From: Promethearchaeum syntrophicum
Lineage (GTDB): Archaea > Asgardarchaeota > Lokiarchaeia > Sigyniarchaeales > Promethearchaeaceae
Reading direction: 5' to 3'
DNA length: 32,000 nt
Assembly: GCF_008000775.2 (NCBI RefSeq)
Contig: NZ_CP042905.2
Span: 1,140,001 to 1,172,000, forward strand
Under the pieces are notes generated by a model. That model ran no database searches and was not told the DNA's origin. It saw only the letters and a program-made list of their open reading frames with translations. How positions within the stretch are numbered: position 1 is the first letter of the stretch; the number at the start of each line of letters is the position of its first letter. Positions 18,113 through 27,980 of the stretch are shown piece by piece. The position numbers and the translations under genes are program-made.

Positions 18113-19378
18113 ATGAACCAAAAAAAATTGAAAAGATCCAAACCAGAACAGAAAGCTGAAGATCCCTACGATCTTAAATTAGAGAACTTTGTCTACGGTG
18201 ATACACCATCCCCCCGACCAGAGAAATATAAAGATCCTTTGCACATCTGGGATTCTATCGATGAAAAAACAGAATTCCTATATATTCACTATTTAAATAA
18301 GATAAAAAAATCTGGCAAATTACTTATTAACGACATCTACCATCAACATCCAAATGCGACTTTAATAAATTTATTCGAATTTCCTCCTAATTCGGTTGAA
18401 AATCTCCGCGATTTCCCAAAAAATTTAACCAATCTTAAAATGTTCGTAATTTACTCGAATAGTATTAAATCTATTCAAGGATTCCCCAAAGATCTTCCGA
18501 ATTTAAAAATTCTCAATTTAAAATCCTCGCAAATTTCTGATTTAACACCTCTTCCTGAAAATTTGCCGTCATTAGAGAGATTTTTTATCAGTAAATGCAA
18601 GATCATATCTCTTAAAGGAATACCCAAAGATTTACCTAAATTAGATAGATTTTTTGTAGATTCGATTCCCATTAAAACCTTAGAAGGAATTCCATCAATT
18701 CTTCCAAATCTTACACACTTGAAAATCAAAAATAATCCTATCAAATCCTTGAAATATCTACCCAAATCTCTACCTTCGGTTGAAAAAATCGAAATTTCAG
18801 GCACAGACATCACAAACCTTCAGTTCATGCCCCAACACATGCCTAAACTCAAGGAAATGATTCTTACCCATAACCACCTCATAACTCTCAAAGGTATGCC
18901 TCCCAATTTACCTTCTCTCACAAATCTGAATCTTCGGAATAATTCTCTTGCACATCTCAAACATTTGCCTAAGGTTGGACATATTGGTTGCATCATAAAT
19001 CTTAAGGATAATTCCATCCGTACCCTTCACGGGCTTGATGACCGATTTCTAAAACAGTTGTTGCATATGGCTAAAAATTTCAACTTATGCCCACAAGGGT
19101 TAAATCTTATTAAAGATCTGCGCCTCCGACATATTACTTTGGAAAAAGTTAATGAAGTAAAAAATTTCTACACAAAATCATCCCATGAGCTCGCCCAACA
19201 ATATGTTACCAACATAAAATCCCTCAATGACTGTGAAATTGACCGGTTAATTTGGGAAGCTGATTTAACTGATCGAAAATTGGTTGAAAATAATGTTCCT
19301 CCCGAAAACCTCGTTCTGAGTGCAATATCTCAGCGTTTAAAGATCCCTTTTAATTCTGATTTTTCTCTCTTAAAATAA
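18113..19378 (+). CDS. Leucine-rich repeat protein (421 aa)
   Basis: Consecutive 23-aa units: LPNLKILNLKSSQISDLTPLPEN / LPSLERFFISKCKIISLKGIPKD / LPKLDRFFVDSIPIKTLEGIPSI / LPNLTHLKIKNNPIKSLKYLPKS / LPSVEKIEISGTDITNLQFMPQH / MPKLKEMILTHNHLITLKGMPPN. Confidence 0.92.
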   Translation: MNQKKLKRSKPEQKAEDPYDLKLENFVYGDTPSPRPEKYKDPLHIWDSIDEKTEFLYIHYLNKIKKSGKLLINDIYHQHPNATLINLFEFPPNSVENLRDFPKNLTNLKMFVIYSNSIKSIQGFPKDLPNLKILNLKSSQISDLTPLPENLPSLERFFISKCKIISLKGIPKDLPKLDRFFVDSIPIKTLEGIPSILPNLTHLKIKNNPIKSLKYLPKSLPSVEKIEISGTDITNLQFMPQHMPKLKEMILTHNHLITLKGMPPNLPSLTNLNLRNNSLAHLKHLPKVGHIGCIINLKDNSIRTLHGLDDRFLKQLLHMAKNFNLCPQGLNLIKDLRLRHITLEKVNEVKNFYTKSSHELAQQYVTNIKSLNDCEIDRLIWEADLTDRKLVENNVPPENLVLSAISQRLKIPFNSDFSLLK

Positions 19379-19413
19379 ATATTAAAAAAATGGGATATTG
19401 TGATAATGATGTT

Positions 19414-21057
19414 TTACATCATACCCGGAGGCATTCCGCCCATACCACCCATACCGCCTGGAGGTCCACCGGAAGATTTTCGGGCTTTAATCATATCATC
19501 TATTCGTAAAATCATGACTGAAAGTTCGGTAGCAGACTTGATTATTTGGTCAATGTTCGCCACTGGCTCAATTACTCCGCTAGCTCGATTATCGACCACT
19601 TTACCTTGATATATTTCCAATCCTGCAAATTCATTACCTGGTTTTGAGTGTTCTCCGCGGAGTTCTGCAATTATATTAATTGGATCTAATCCTGCGTTCT
19701 CAGCTAATGTGATTGGGATAATTTCCAATGCTCTAGCATAAGATTCAATAGCTATCTGCTCTTTACCTGATTGTTTGGAAGCCAAATTCAATAATCTTTG
19801 GGATAATTCCATTTCAACGGCTCCACCACCACCGACTATTGCATTTCTATCGTGAACCGAAGCAATAACACATAAAGCATCATGTAAGGTTCTTTCTGCT
19901 TCATCTAAACCCGCTGTGACTCCCGCTCTTAGCAAAATTGAAACTGCCTTTGGATTTTTACAGCCAGAAATAAAACACAAATCATCTCCTGCGATTTTTT
20001 TAAATTCAACCTTTTTAGCGAATCCTAGGTCTTTTTCTGTCAAACTGTTGATGTTCTCAACGATTTTGCCTCCAATAGCCTTCTGAATCTTTTCAAGATC
20101 AGATTTAGTCACAGATTTAACAGCAACAATGCCATATTTATGTAGGAAATGACTTACCGAATCTTCGATTCCTTTTTGATTGATGACTACATTTGCACCT
20201 GATTCTTTGATTTTCTCTGCATAGTGTTTTAAAATTGATTCTTCTTGATCTAAGAAGTTCTGGATTTCATTTGGATCGCTAATTTTTAAATCACTGGAAA
20301 ATTCAGTTTTCTTTATCTCGAAAGCTTGTGATATTAGAGCAATTTTTGCGTTATCTACGATTTTTAGCATCATTTGGTGAGTTGGTTCTTTTTCTAAGAT
20401 GATTCCATCGATTATTTGAGACTCTTTAATCGACTTTCCCTTCTTCTTGACAATCACGATATTTTTTACCTTTGCCATATTGTTCTTTTCAGATTTGACT
20501 TTTGAAAATGCATCTACGGCAAGATCTGAAAAGAATTCTTTATTTCCACTTATACCTTTACTATTCATAGTAGTTATTGCAATATTTTTTAGGATTTCAC
20601 GGTCTTTACTAGGATCGATACTTACTGCAATTTCATCTTTTAAGATTTCTCGAGCCCTTTTACCTGCTAAAGAATAACCACGAGCGACAATTGAAGGATG
20701 GATTCCTTGACTCATTAATTCATTAGAGACTGTGAGCAATTGACCGGCGATTATAACACTGCTTGTTGTTCCATCACCCACATTTGTATCTTGAGTTTTA
20801 GAAATCGTAACTGCCATTTTTGCACCTGGGTGTTCAACATCTAAATTTTCTAAGATTGTGGCACCATCATTAGTAACGGTTATATCTCCTAATGAATCAA
20901 CTAACATTTTATCCATACCTCTTGGACCGAGGGTGGATTTTACTGCTTCTGCAACTGCTTGAATAGCGACGATGTTTTTCGAACGAGCATCATTCCCTTT
21001 TGTATGTTCGGAGCCCTCTCTAAGTACCAAAATGGGCATTCCGCCGAGTTGTGACAT
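19414..21057 (-). CDS. Thermosome (group II chaperonin, TCP-1/CCT family) subunit
   Basis: IQAVAEAVKSTLGPRGMDKMLVDSLGDITVTNDGATILENLDVEHPGAKMAVTISKTQDTNVGDGTTSSVIIAGQLL; C-terminal GGPPGGMGGMGGMPPGMM tail. Confidence 0.99.
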   Translation of the reverse strand: MSQLGGMPILVLREGSEHTKGNDARSKNIVAIQAVAEAVKSTLGPRGMDKMLVDSLGDITVTNDGATILENLDVEHPGAKMAVTISKTQDTNVGDGTTSSVIIAGQLLTVSNELMSQGIHPSIVARGYSLAGKRAREILKDEIAVSIDPSKDREILKNIAITTMNSKGISGNKEFFSDLAVDAFSKVKSEKNNMAKVKNIVIVKKKGKSIKESQIIDGIILEKEPTHQMMLKIVDNAKIALISQAFEIKKTEFSSDLKISDPNEIQNFLDQEESILKHYAEKIKESGANVVINQKGIEDSVSHFLHKYGIVAVKSVTKSDLEKIQKAIGGKIVENINSLTEKDLGFAKKVEFKKIAGDDLCFISGCKNPKAVSILLRAGVTAGLDEAERTLHDALCVIASVHDRNAIVGGGGAVEMELSQRLLNLASKQSGKEQIAIESYARALEIIPITLAENAGLDPINIIAELRGEHSKPGNEFAGLEIYQGKVVDNRASGVIEPVANIDQIIKSATELSVMILRIDDMIKARKSSGGPPGGMGGMGGMPPGMM

Positions 21058-21242
21058 GATTTTTCACTTTTTTTGTATATTTTTATTTTTAGAAAATAAA
21101 ATATTAGTATGGAAGTCTAAGTCATGAAAAATATTAAAATTTTCGAAAATAAAAAAAAAACCTATATTACTCAGATACCCAAGAGAAACCCAAGAAAGCA
21201 AAAAAAAATATTATATGAAGAAAAAAAATTTCATTTTATAAT

Positions 21243-21476
21243 TTAATCTATATCAAAACATTCATGCTCATGTCCATGTTCCATATTCAAGTGAACATGG
21301 AGATTTTTGCCATTCAAAATCTTTATATTTTTAAGATCATGACAATTATCATCCATAATGGGATGTTGATGAATTACCTGTTCCTTTTTTCTAACTCGTT
21401 TAAATAAATTTTTCATATATAAATTTGAAAATTTGAAGTTATTAAGCCTCTTTGCTTCAATATATAAGTTTTTCAA
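21243..21476 (-). CDS. Small His-rich hypothetical protein (real start may be internal)
   Basis: C-terminal part ...VIHQHPIMDDNCHDLKNIKILNGKNLHVHLNMEHGHEHECFDID; short ORF, possible start at the internal MKNLFKRV. Confidence 0.4.
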   Translation of the reverse strand: MKNLYIEAKRLNNFKFSNLYMKNLFKRVRKKEQVIHQHPIMDDNCHDLKNIKILNGKNLHVHLNMEHGHEHECFDID

Positions 21477-21628
21477 TCAATCCATAAAATAATAATAAGA
21501 AAACTTAAGAAAAATAAAGAACACTACAGAGATTATTGAATGAATTTCAATTTAAAAAATCTATATTACCCACATAGTGTTCATTTTTATATAACAAGAA
21601 TCTAATACAAATTTTAAGAGGTGTTTTT

Positions 21629-21973
21629 TTGGCTCAAATCGAATCAACTCAAATTCAATTCTTATTTCATGAAATAGAATCAAAATGTGAAAAGACGCAA
21701 AATATTTTTGACGAATTCTATTCAGATAAAAAACATGCTTCACTCGAAATCAATTCTATCAACGGAAAAAAAAAATCTGATTACCTAACGATGCAGTATA
21801 CGAAATATTTTGGTCAGGAAACAGGTTCTATTAAACTGATTAATTTTCAAAATGGCGCGATAATTTATCAAGATGGCAAATTAAAATGTGAGATTTCGGA
21901 TTTAAATTTAAGTGAGAAGGAATTTCTAAAAAAAATGCATTCGTTGATGCAACTTAATTTAAAGGTATACTAA
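21629..21973 (+). CDS. Hypothetical protein (114 aa, TTG start in track)
   Basis: Intact ORF in an otherwise unexplained gap; no recognised family. Confidence 0.5.
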   Translation: MAQIESTQIQFLFHEIESKCEKTQNIFDEFYSDKKHASLEINSINGKKKSDYLTMQYTKYFGQETGSIKLINFQNGAIIYQDGKLKCEISDLNLSEKEFLKKMHSLMQLNLKVY

Positions 21974-22081
21974 TCCCTTTATTCATCAAACAGCCTAAAA
22001 TCAGTCCAATTTTTCTTATAGATCCTCTCCGAAGTTTTAATTATAATGAATATTTTCTAAAGATGGAATAGGATTTTACTT

Positions 22082-22852
22082 ATGAGTGAATATATTATTC
22101 TCTTTGCTGTTTTTATCTCATCCTTTATATATGGATTAATTGGTTTTGGAGACGCACTTATTTTAATTCCCATTCTAACTCTTTTCATTAACATTCAGTC
22201 TGCTGTTGTCTTGGTGAATTTTTGGGGTGTTGTCCCGAGTTTATTAAATTTAATCCATTATTTCAAATTCATCGACAAGAAATTTTTTATTCGGGGGGTT
22301 ATTACGGGAATCCCTGGAGTTCTGGTTGGGACGTTATTAATAGTTATATTGCCACTACGATGGATTGAATTAACTTTAGGATTGTTTGTTTTAGTGTATT
22401 CTACACTTAACATGGTGAAATATCTAAGTAAAAAGAAGCATGGAGAAAAAAAAATCGAAAAATTTGATGACTTAAAACTTCCAAATTCTGTCTTAATAGT
22501 AGGAGGATTTTCATATGGCTTCTTTGGAGCACTCATAGGCGCAGCAGGACCCATAAATATAGCTTTATTAGAAAACACAGGACATTATCGAGAAGAATTC
22601 ATTGGAAATTTTGCGGCGATTTCTACAGTTTTTGGCTTAATTAGGATTCCTATATATCTCACTCAACAGATATTCCCAACAGAATATCTATTAGCATTTT
22701 TTATTGCGATTCCAGTTATTTTTTTCGCTACAAAAATCGGACATTGGATTACTCCAAAAATTCCAGTACAATCCTTTCAATTAATTATTCACATAATGTT
22801 ATTTATTAGTTCGATACGAACAATTCTAATGACTACTATATTTTATGAGTAA
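22082..22852 (+). CDS. TauE/SafE-family permease
   Basis: IILFAVFISSFIYGLIGFGDALILIPILTLF...GVVPSLLNLIHYFKFIDKKFFIRGVITGIPGVLVGTLLIV; repeated hydrophobic segments with the internal duplication FGFFGALIGAAG-type. Confidence 0.85.
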   Translation: MSEYIILFAVFISSFIYGLIGFGDALILIPILTLFINIQSAVVLVNFWGVVPSLLNLIHYFKFIDKKFFIRGVITGIPGVLVGTLLIVILPLRWIELTLGLFVLVYSTLNMVKYLSKKKHGEKKIEKFDDLKLPNSVLIVGGFSYGFFGALIGAAGPINIALLENTGHYREEFIGNFAAISTVFGLIRIPIYLTQQIFPTEYLLAFFIAIPVIFFATKIGHWITPKIPVQSFQLIIHIMLFISSIRTILMTTIFYE

Positions 22853-22867
22853 TCGTGATTTTTTTAA

Positions 22868-23584
22868 TTATAGTTCTAATTTAAAATAAAGCCTGCGATT
22901 ATTTTTTCCCTTATTTTGAATTTTTTGTATTGAAATTTTCCCTATTTCTCCTAAATGGGAAACGTGACAGCCCCCGTCAGGTTGTTTATCAAAGCTTTTA
23001 ATATCTACAATACGAACATGTTTTATATTTTTGGGCAACTCCATATTCAATTTCATTAGAGTAGAATCTTGTTCCATTTCATCTCGTGTAATATAATAAG
23101 TTTCTACTGAAAGATCTGAGCTAATAATTTCATTTGAGCGCTCAACGAATTTCTCCACAAGTTCTCTGTCAAAATTGGGAAAATTAAAATCAATTCTACC
23201 CTTTCCCATAGTCAAATTATTACCGGTTACTTTTACATTTCCTTCATTAAAAAATACTCCACTCAACACGTGGGCAGCAGTATGGTATCTCATTAATTCA
23301 AACCTTCTCTTCCAATCAAGAATGCCTAAAATTTTATCTCCAGTTTTCAATCCTAATTCGTCAACTTCATGAAATATTTCATTTTCTATTTTTCGAACAA
23401 AAATGACCTTGAATTCCTTATTATCCGATAATCTCCTGAATATTCCTAAATCATTATCAACACCCCCGGATTTAGGATAAAAAGCTGTTTGGTTTATTAC
23501 GATAAATTTTCCTTCTGATACGCTTTCAACCACTCCTTCAAATTCTTTTAAATTCATGTCTTGTAAATATAATATTTTCGTCAT
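22868..23584 (-). CDS. alaX: Alanyl-tRNA editing protein AlaX
   Basis: VINQTAFYPKSGG; HTAAHVLSGVFF (HxxxH); QPDGGCHVSHLGEIG. Confidence 0.93.
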   Translation of the reverse strand: MTKILYLQDMNLKEFEGVVESVSEGKFIVINQTAFYPKSGGVDNDLGIFRRLSDNKEFKVIFVRKIENEIFHEVDELGLKTGDKILGILDWKRRFELMRYHTAAHVLSGVFFNEGNVKVTGNNLTMGKGRIDFNFPNFDRELVEKFVERSNEIISSDLSVETYYITRDEMEQDSTLMKLNMELPKNIKHVRIVDIKSFDKQPDGGCHVSHLGEIGKISIQKIQNKGKNNRRLYFKLEL

Positions 23585-23672
23585 CTAAATCGATTTTATA
23601 TAATTTATATATCTTAATAAAAATTATCAGAGAAGGAAATAAAAGAAATTAAACGAAAATAAAAAATATTGA

Positions 23673-24569
23673 TTAAACTTGGTAATTCCATTCAAATTTT
23701 TTTGCGACAAGTCGCTGAATTTGCGAAATTAAAACGATTAAGGTTAAAATGCTAATAGGTAGAATTATATATATCAAATTTACTAAATCAAATAATGTTA
23801 AGATAACTAAAGTGGTTAAACTGGCTGCACCGCCTATAAACGACCATAAATTAATCAAAGGAGAAAAATATTTTTCAAAAACTTGCTCCTTTTCAATTTT
23901 TGATAAATAATGTCTGTCAATTGATGAATACATAGGAGAAGAAATATCTGGAAATTTGGTTAAATATTTAAATAAATTCTCTGGCTTGTTTAGAACTTTT
24001 TTTAAAAGAACAATCAATTTTGAAGATGATTTTTTAGAAAGTTTTTCGACCGCTTCTTTCTTTCCAGACAAAGCATTTAGATATTGAGATTTCGCTTTTT
24101 CAAACATAAGTTCTCCGATTGCTACAGAAATCGCCATTAAGATATAAAAAAGATAATATATTGAATTATTTTCTAATTGTGCCATAGAAAATGCCATACT
24201 AAGAGTCATTAATATAAAACCTATAATATCAGCATAGAAATCGTATTGTCCACCAAATTTTGAGAATTGATTTGTAAGCCTTGCAAGGCTACCGTCTACG
24301 CAATCTAATGTTTGTTTTACAAAAAGAAGAATGGCTGCCCAATATATCATACTTTGTGAGTAAAAATAGGCTGAAATTAACATAGTTATTAGTGATAATG
24401 TTGTAAAAAAATTAGGAGTGAGTTTAAGCTTTTTACCCAATAAAACCAACGGGAATCCCAAAGGTCGATAAAGAACTGAATTTATCACCTCACTAACTTT
24501 CTTGGTTGTTTTCTTATAATCCACTGATATACCAATCAAAGACTCGTTTAATTGAACCGTTAGCGCCAT
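23673..24569 (-). CDS. CDP-alcohol phosphatidyltransferase family membrane enzyme
   Basis: Exact family motif DxxDGxxAR(x8)GxxxDxxxD: DCVDGSLARLTNQFSKFGGQYDFYAD; flanked by hydrophobic helices. Confidence 0.93.
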   Translation of the reverse strand: MALTVQLNESLIGISVDYKKTTKKVSEVINSVLYRPLGFPLVLLGKKLKLTPNFFTTLSLITMLISAYFYSQSMIYWAAILLFVKQTLDCVDGSLARLTNQFSKFGGQYDFYADIIGFILMTLSMAFSMAQLENNSIYYLFYILMAISVAIGELMFEKAKSQYLNALSGKKEAVEKLSKKSSSKLIVLLKKVLNKPENLFKYLTKFPDISSPMYSSIDRHYLSKIEKEQVFEKYFSPLINLWSFIGGAASLTTLVILTLFDLVNLIYIILPISILTLIVLISQIQRLVAKKFEWNYQV

Positions 24570-24817
24570 ACTAAATCACATAATCTTAACTTTCTAAAAA
24601 TTCTAATTAATTAAATATAGATTTGATTAAATAAATATTATTTGTTCTAAATTTTGAATAATGTTAGACTAATTAAAATGAATTTCTAATGTATTATTTA
24701 TATCTTTGTTGTAAATTTTTTAAAAAATTTTCCGAATTACTAAGGTTTTTCTTCATAATACCGATTAATTATTTTAGATTAAATGTAAAACGCTATAATC
24801 ATAATAATGGGATTTAA

Positions 24818-25138
24818 ATGAGTGAAATAACCAAATTTGTCGGAAAATCAAATTATGCTTTTGAAACAATGCTCCAAAAAATTTCCTCAATAACCAAAGT
24901 AAGTCCTGTGCTTCTTAAAAATTACGGAATTGCTTCGTTTAATGAATGGCAAAAGAAAACTGGATTGACAGTAAATTCTTTATCAAATATGAAACCAGAA
25001 GACAGATGTTCTCATATATATGATATGCTCGATTTGTTTAGAAATCGATTAGAAACCATAATCTATTCGGTTAAGGATCTTGACAAGTCTTTGTCAATTG
25101 CAAATATTACATACGAGATAATTTTTGGAAATCATTAA
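24818..25138 (+). CDS. Hypothetical protein (106 aa)
   Basis: Intact ORF ending 21 bp before the end of the convergent kinase gene; no recognised family. Confidence 0.55.
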   Translation: MSEITKFVGKSNYAFETMLQKISSITKVSPVLLKNYGIASFNEWQKKTGLTVNSLSNMKPEDRCSHIYDMLDLFRNRLETIIYSVKDLDKSLSIANITYEIIFGNH

Positions 25139-25159
25139 AAAAAAAAACAGAAATCTGAA

Positions 25160-26749
25160 TTATTCATCAAGGCTAAGCACTGCTTTCACAGCTTTCTTCC
25201 AATCTGATAATTTCTTCTTTCTTTTTTCTGGATCCATTTTTGGTTTGAATATTTGATAATTCTTTCTTAAATTTAATATTTCATTGATATCTTTCCAAAA
25301 TCCTACTGCCAATCCAGCCATATATGCTGCTCCTGTGCCTGTCATATCCGCCTCGGGCGCGCGTTGAACCGTTATGTTTGCAATATCTGCCAAAGATTGT
25401 AGTTCAATATCTGATTGAGAAACTCCACCATCGACTTTTAAGGTTGTTATAGGAATTTTAGTGTCATGTTCGATTCCTCCAATGATATCGTAAAGTCTAA
25501 AGGCTAATCCTTCTAAAACTGCCCTACAAACATGCTTACGGTGTGTCGATAATGATAATCCAAAGATAGTTGCTCGGGTTTTAGGATTAAAATAAGGAAA
25601 AGCAATTCCGGAGGGTGTGGGTATCACAATTACACCTTCTGTATCTTCAGTTTGAGCCGCAAATTCATTTAGAACCTTTGGTGTATCTACCAGTCCAATT
25701 CCCTCACCCAACCAATCAATAAGAGTTCCTGCAGTCATAATTTGCCCTTCTAACATGTAATTTATCTCTCCTTTAATACGCCAAGATATCAAGGGAAATA
25801 ACCCACGTTTAGAGAGTTTTGGTTTGGGACCTATACACATATCTACAAAAGCTCCCGAACCTTGAGATATTTTCGTTTCTCCTGGTTTAAAACAACAATG
25901 GCCGAATAGTGCTGCCATTTGGTCTCCAATACTTGCACCTATTGGAATTTCTGCTCCTTCAAATAATTCAGGTGCGGTTTTTCCAAAATCATCAGTATTA
26001 TCGAGTACACGAGGAAGAAAAGTATCATTAGATGGGATTTTGAAAAGCTTTGCATATATTTTATTCCATTCTAAGTCAAAAGGGTTGTAGAGTGCAGTCC
26101 CTGAAGCATTTGTGATGTCTGTAACATGCTTCGTTCCTCCCGTAAGCTTGTAAATGAACCAACTCTCTAATGTGCAGAAATGAAGTTCTCTATTTTTAGC
26201 TTTATTATAAATTTCTTCTCCAGAAAGTTCAGAATCTTGATAAATTATTTTTTCTCTCTCAAACAACCATCTTAATCTGCATAAGGCAAATTCTGGATTC
26301 AAATGAATCATTCCAGTAGTATTCATCATTGCAGAACCTGTTATTTTTCCGAGAACTCTCACAATCGATCTTAACGTTCTCCATGAAAATTGATTATCCA
26401 TCCTTTTGGCAACTTTTTCGGCTCTAACATCTGCCCAAGATATAAGATTTGTTATAGGCGTACCGGTTTTTTTATCCACAATACAAAAAGATGCCCTTTG
26501 GTTAGTAATTCCGATTGAAACAATTTGTTTGGGAGAATATTCTGGTTTTGCGAAGACTTTTCTAACAACAGAAAGTAAGGCTTGCCATAATACTTCCGGA
26601 TCATGTTCAATTGCACCATCTTCAGGAAAATTTGGCAAGGTTTTTTCATATTCTCTATCTACAATCGCACCTTCTTTATTAAAAAGCATTGCCCGGATTC
26701 CCGTTCCACCAGAATCTATTACTAAAATATATTTCTGATTTTCACTCAT
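25160..26749 (-). CDS. FGGY-family carbohydrate kinase, glycerol kinase-like
   Basis: IVSIGITNQRASFCIVDKKTG; GASIGDQMAALFGHCCFKPGETKISQGSGAF; LKVDGGVSQSDIELQSLADIANITVQR...GTGAAYMAGLAVGFW. Confidence 0.88.
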   Translation of the reverse strand: MSENQKYILVIDSGGTGIRAMLFNKEGAIVDREYEKTLPNFPEDGAIEHDPEVLWQALLSVVRKVFAKPEYSPKQIVSIGITNQRASFCIVDKKTGTPITNLISWADVRAEKVAKRMDNQFSWRTLRSIVRVLGKITGSAMMNTTGMIHLNPEFALCRLRWLFEREKIIYQDSELSGEEIYNKAKNRELHFCTLESWFIYKLTGGTKHVTDITNASGTALYNPFDLEWNKIYAKLFKIPSNDTFLPRVLDNTDDFGKTAPELFEGAEIPIGASIGDQMAALFGHCCFKPGETKISQGSGAFVDMCIGPKPKLSKRGLFPLISWRIKGEINYMLEGQIMTAGTLIDWLGEGIGLVDTPKVLNEFAAQTEDTEGVIVIPTPSGIAFPYFNPKTRATIFGLSLSTHRKHVCRAVLEGLAFRLYDIIGGIEHDTKIPITTLKVDGGVSQSDIELQSLADIANITVQRAPEADMTGTGAAYMAGLAVGFWKDINEILNLRKNYQIFKPKMDPEKRKKKLSDWKKAVKAVLSLDE

Positions 26750-26881
26750 AATGAGCTTAGTTGTTTTAAAAATTTTTAAAACTTTCTTTAGTTCTAAAAA
26801 TAACGAATAAAAAAATAGGAAAGTACAAAGTTATTAACATAAATTCGATTTGAAGATTGGATTACATTTAAAATTTTTAGT

Positions 26882-27400
26882 CTAATTTTCTTTTAAAGTG
26901 AATTTCCAAGCGCAATAATATTCTTCAGGATGAATATCAGGTGGGCAACAAATGCATTCGGTTTCTATTCGATCATCAATTGTTGAAGCGAAATAGCTGT
27001 ATTCAACAATACCCACAGATTTACAAGGAAAGTCTTCTAATCCTTTTCTAGTTCTTGCAGTTTGAACTCTACATTTATTCATATGGAATACACATGAATT
27101 ATCTGTTATGTCGATAATTTCCTGGACATTTATATTCGCATATAGGCGAAATTTTAAAGCTTTTATCAAACCAGGAATTCCTGGGTGTTCTTCAAGTTTC
27201 AGAAATTTTTTAATTTGTTTTGCTTCAATTTGTGTGAAACGCTGCCATCCAATTCTATCGTATTTCATTGCAGTGTCAATTCCTAATTCTGATTCAATTC
27301 CTTGGAACCAACAGCCATCATGAGCGAGCCAGTTTTTTGAAAGCATCTCAATATAATCCAGAAGTTCATCTCTACTAAGATCTTTCAGATCGATTCTCAT
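26882..27400 (-). CDS. Conserved hypothetical protein, Cys-rich C-terminus (possibly DUF6125-like)
   Basis: LLDYIEMLSKNWLAHDGCWFQGIESELGIDTAMKYDRIGWQRFTQIEAKQIKKFL...ETECICCPPDIHPEEYYCAWKF. Confidence 0.7.
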   Translation of the reverse strand: MRIDLKDLSRDELLDYIEMLSKNWLAHDGCWFQGIESELGIDTAMKYDRIGWQRFTQIEAKQIKKFLKLEEHPGIPGLIKALKFRLYANINVQEIIDITDNSCVFHMNKCRVQTARTRKGLEDFPCKSVGIVEYSYFASTIDDRIETECICCPPDIHPEEYYCAWKFTLKEN

Positions 27401-27618
27401 ACATAACCAAATATTCTATTCTTAATAATTGTTATTTGTCGGAGATCATATTATTGGGTGGATAAAATCCTATTTTCGTGGTAATAAATAAGAATACTAT
27501 TATATTTGGAATAAATTTTTGTCGGTAGAAGTGTTAAGAAGGAAGTACAAGACTAGTTATATATTAATAAGAATAATAAAAACAAAAACTTTTACGATTA
27601 AAACGGGTTAAACACATA

Positions 27619-27969
27619 ATGGTAAAAATTGTTCTCTTTGCTTTTAATGGTGATCCAATGTGCTTTGTTCATGTTTTACTAAATGCTTTAGATATGCTGG
27701 AAAATGACTATGAAGTAAAAGTTGTAATTGAAGGGTCCGCTACTAAATTAATAAAAGAATTCCATGATAATCCCAATGCCCCATTTTTGGATTTATATAA
27801 AAAAGTTAAAGATCTAAAGTTAATAGATGCAGTTTGTAAGGCATGTGCAACAAAAATGGGCTCAATTAAAGAAGTTGAATTAGAAAACCTTCCAATAGTT
27901 GGTGATTTGAAGGGTCACCCAAAAATGACAACATATATTGAACAAGGATATAAGATAATTACTTTTTAA
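27619..27969 (+). CDS. DsrE-like small protein
   Basis: MVKIVLFAFNGDPMCFVHVLLNALDMLENDYEVKVVIEGSATKLIKEF...LKLIDAVCKACATKMGS; DsrE/F-like alternating fold with a conserved-looking CxxC. Confidence 0.7.
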   Translation: MVKIVLFAFNGDPMCFVHVLLNALDMLENDYEVKVVIEGSATKLIKEFHDNPNAPFLDLYKKVKDLKLIDAVCKACATKMGSIKEVELENLPIVGDLKGHPKMTTYIEQGYKIITF

Positions 27970-27980
27970 AGGGAAAAAAT

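Noticed and set aside
18475-19017. Minus-strand ORFs 18475..18813 and 18820..19017
   Set aside because: Antisense shadows of the LRR gene; repetitive because the LRRs are.
19400-20677. Plus-strand ORFs 19400..19609 and 20447..20677 (first is Pro/Ile/Gly-rich)
   Set aside because: Reverse complement of the thermosome Gly-Met tail and body; no independent support.
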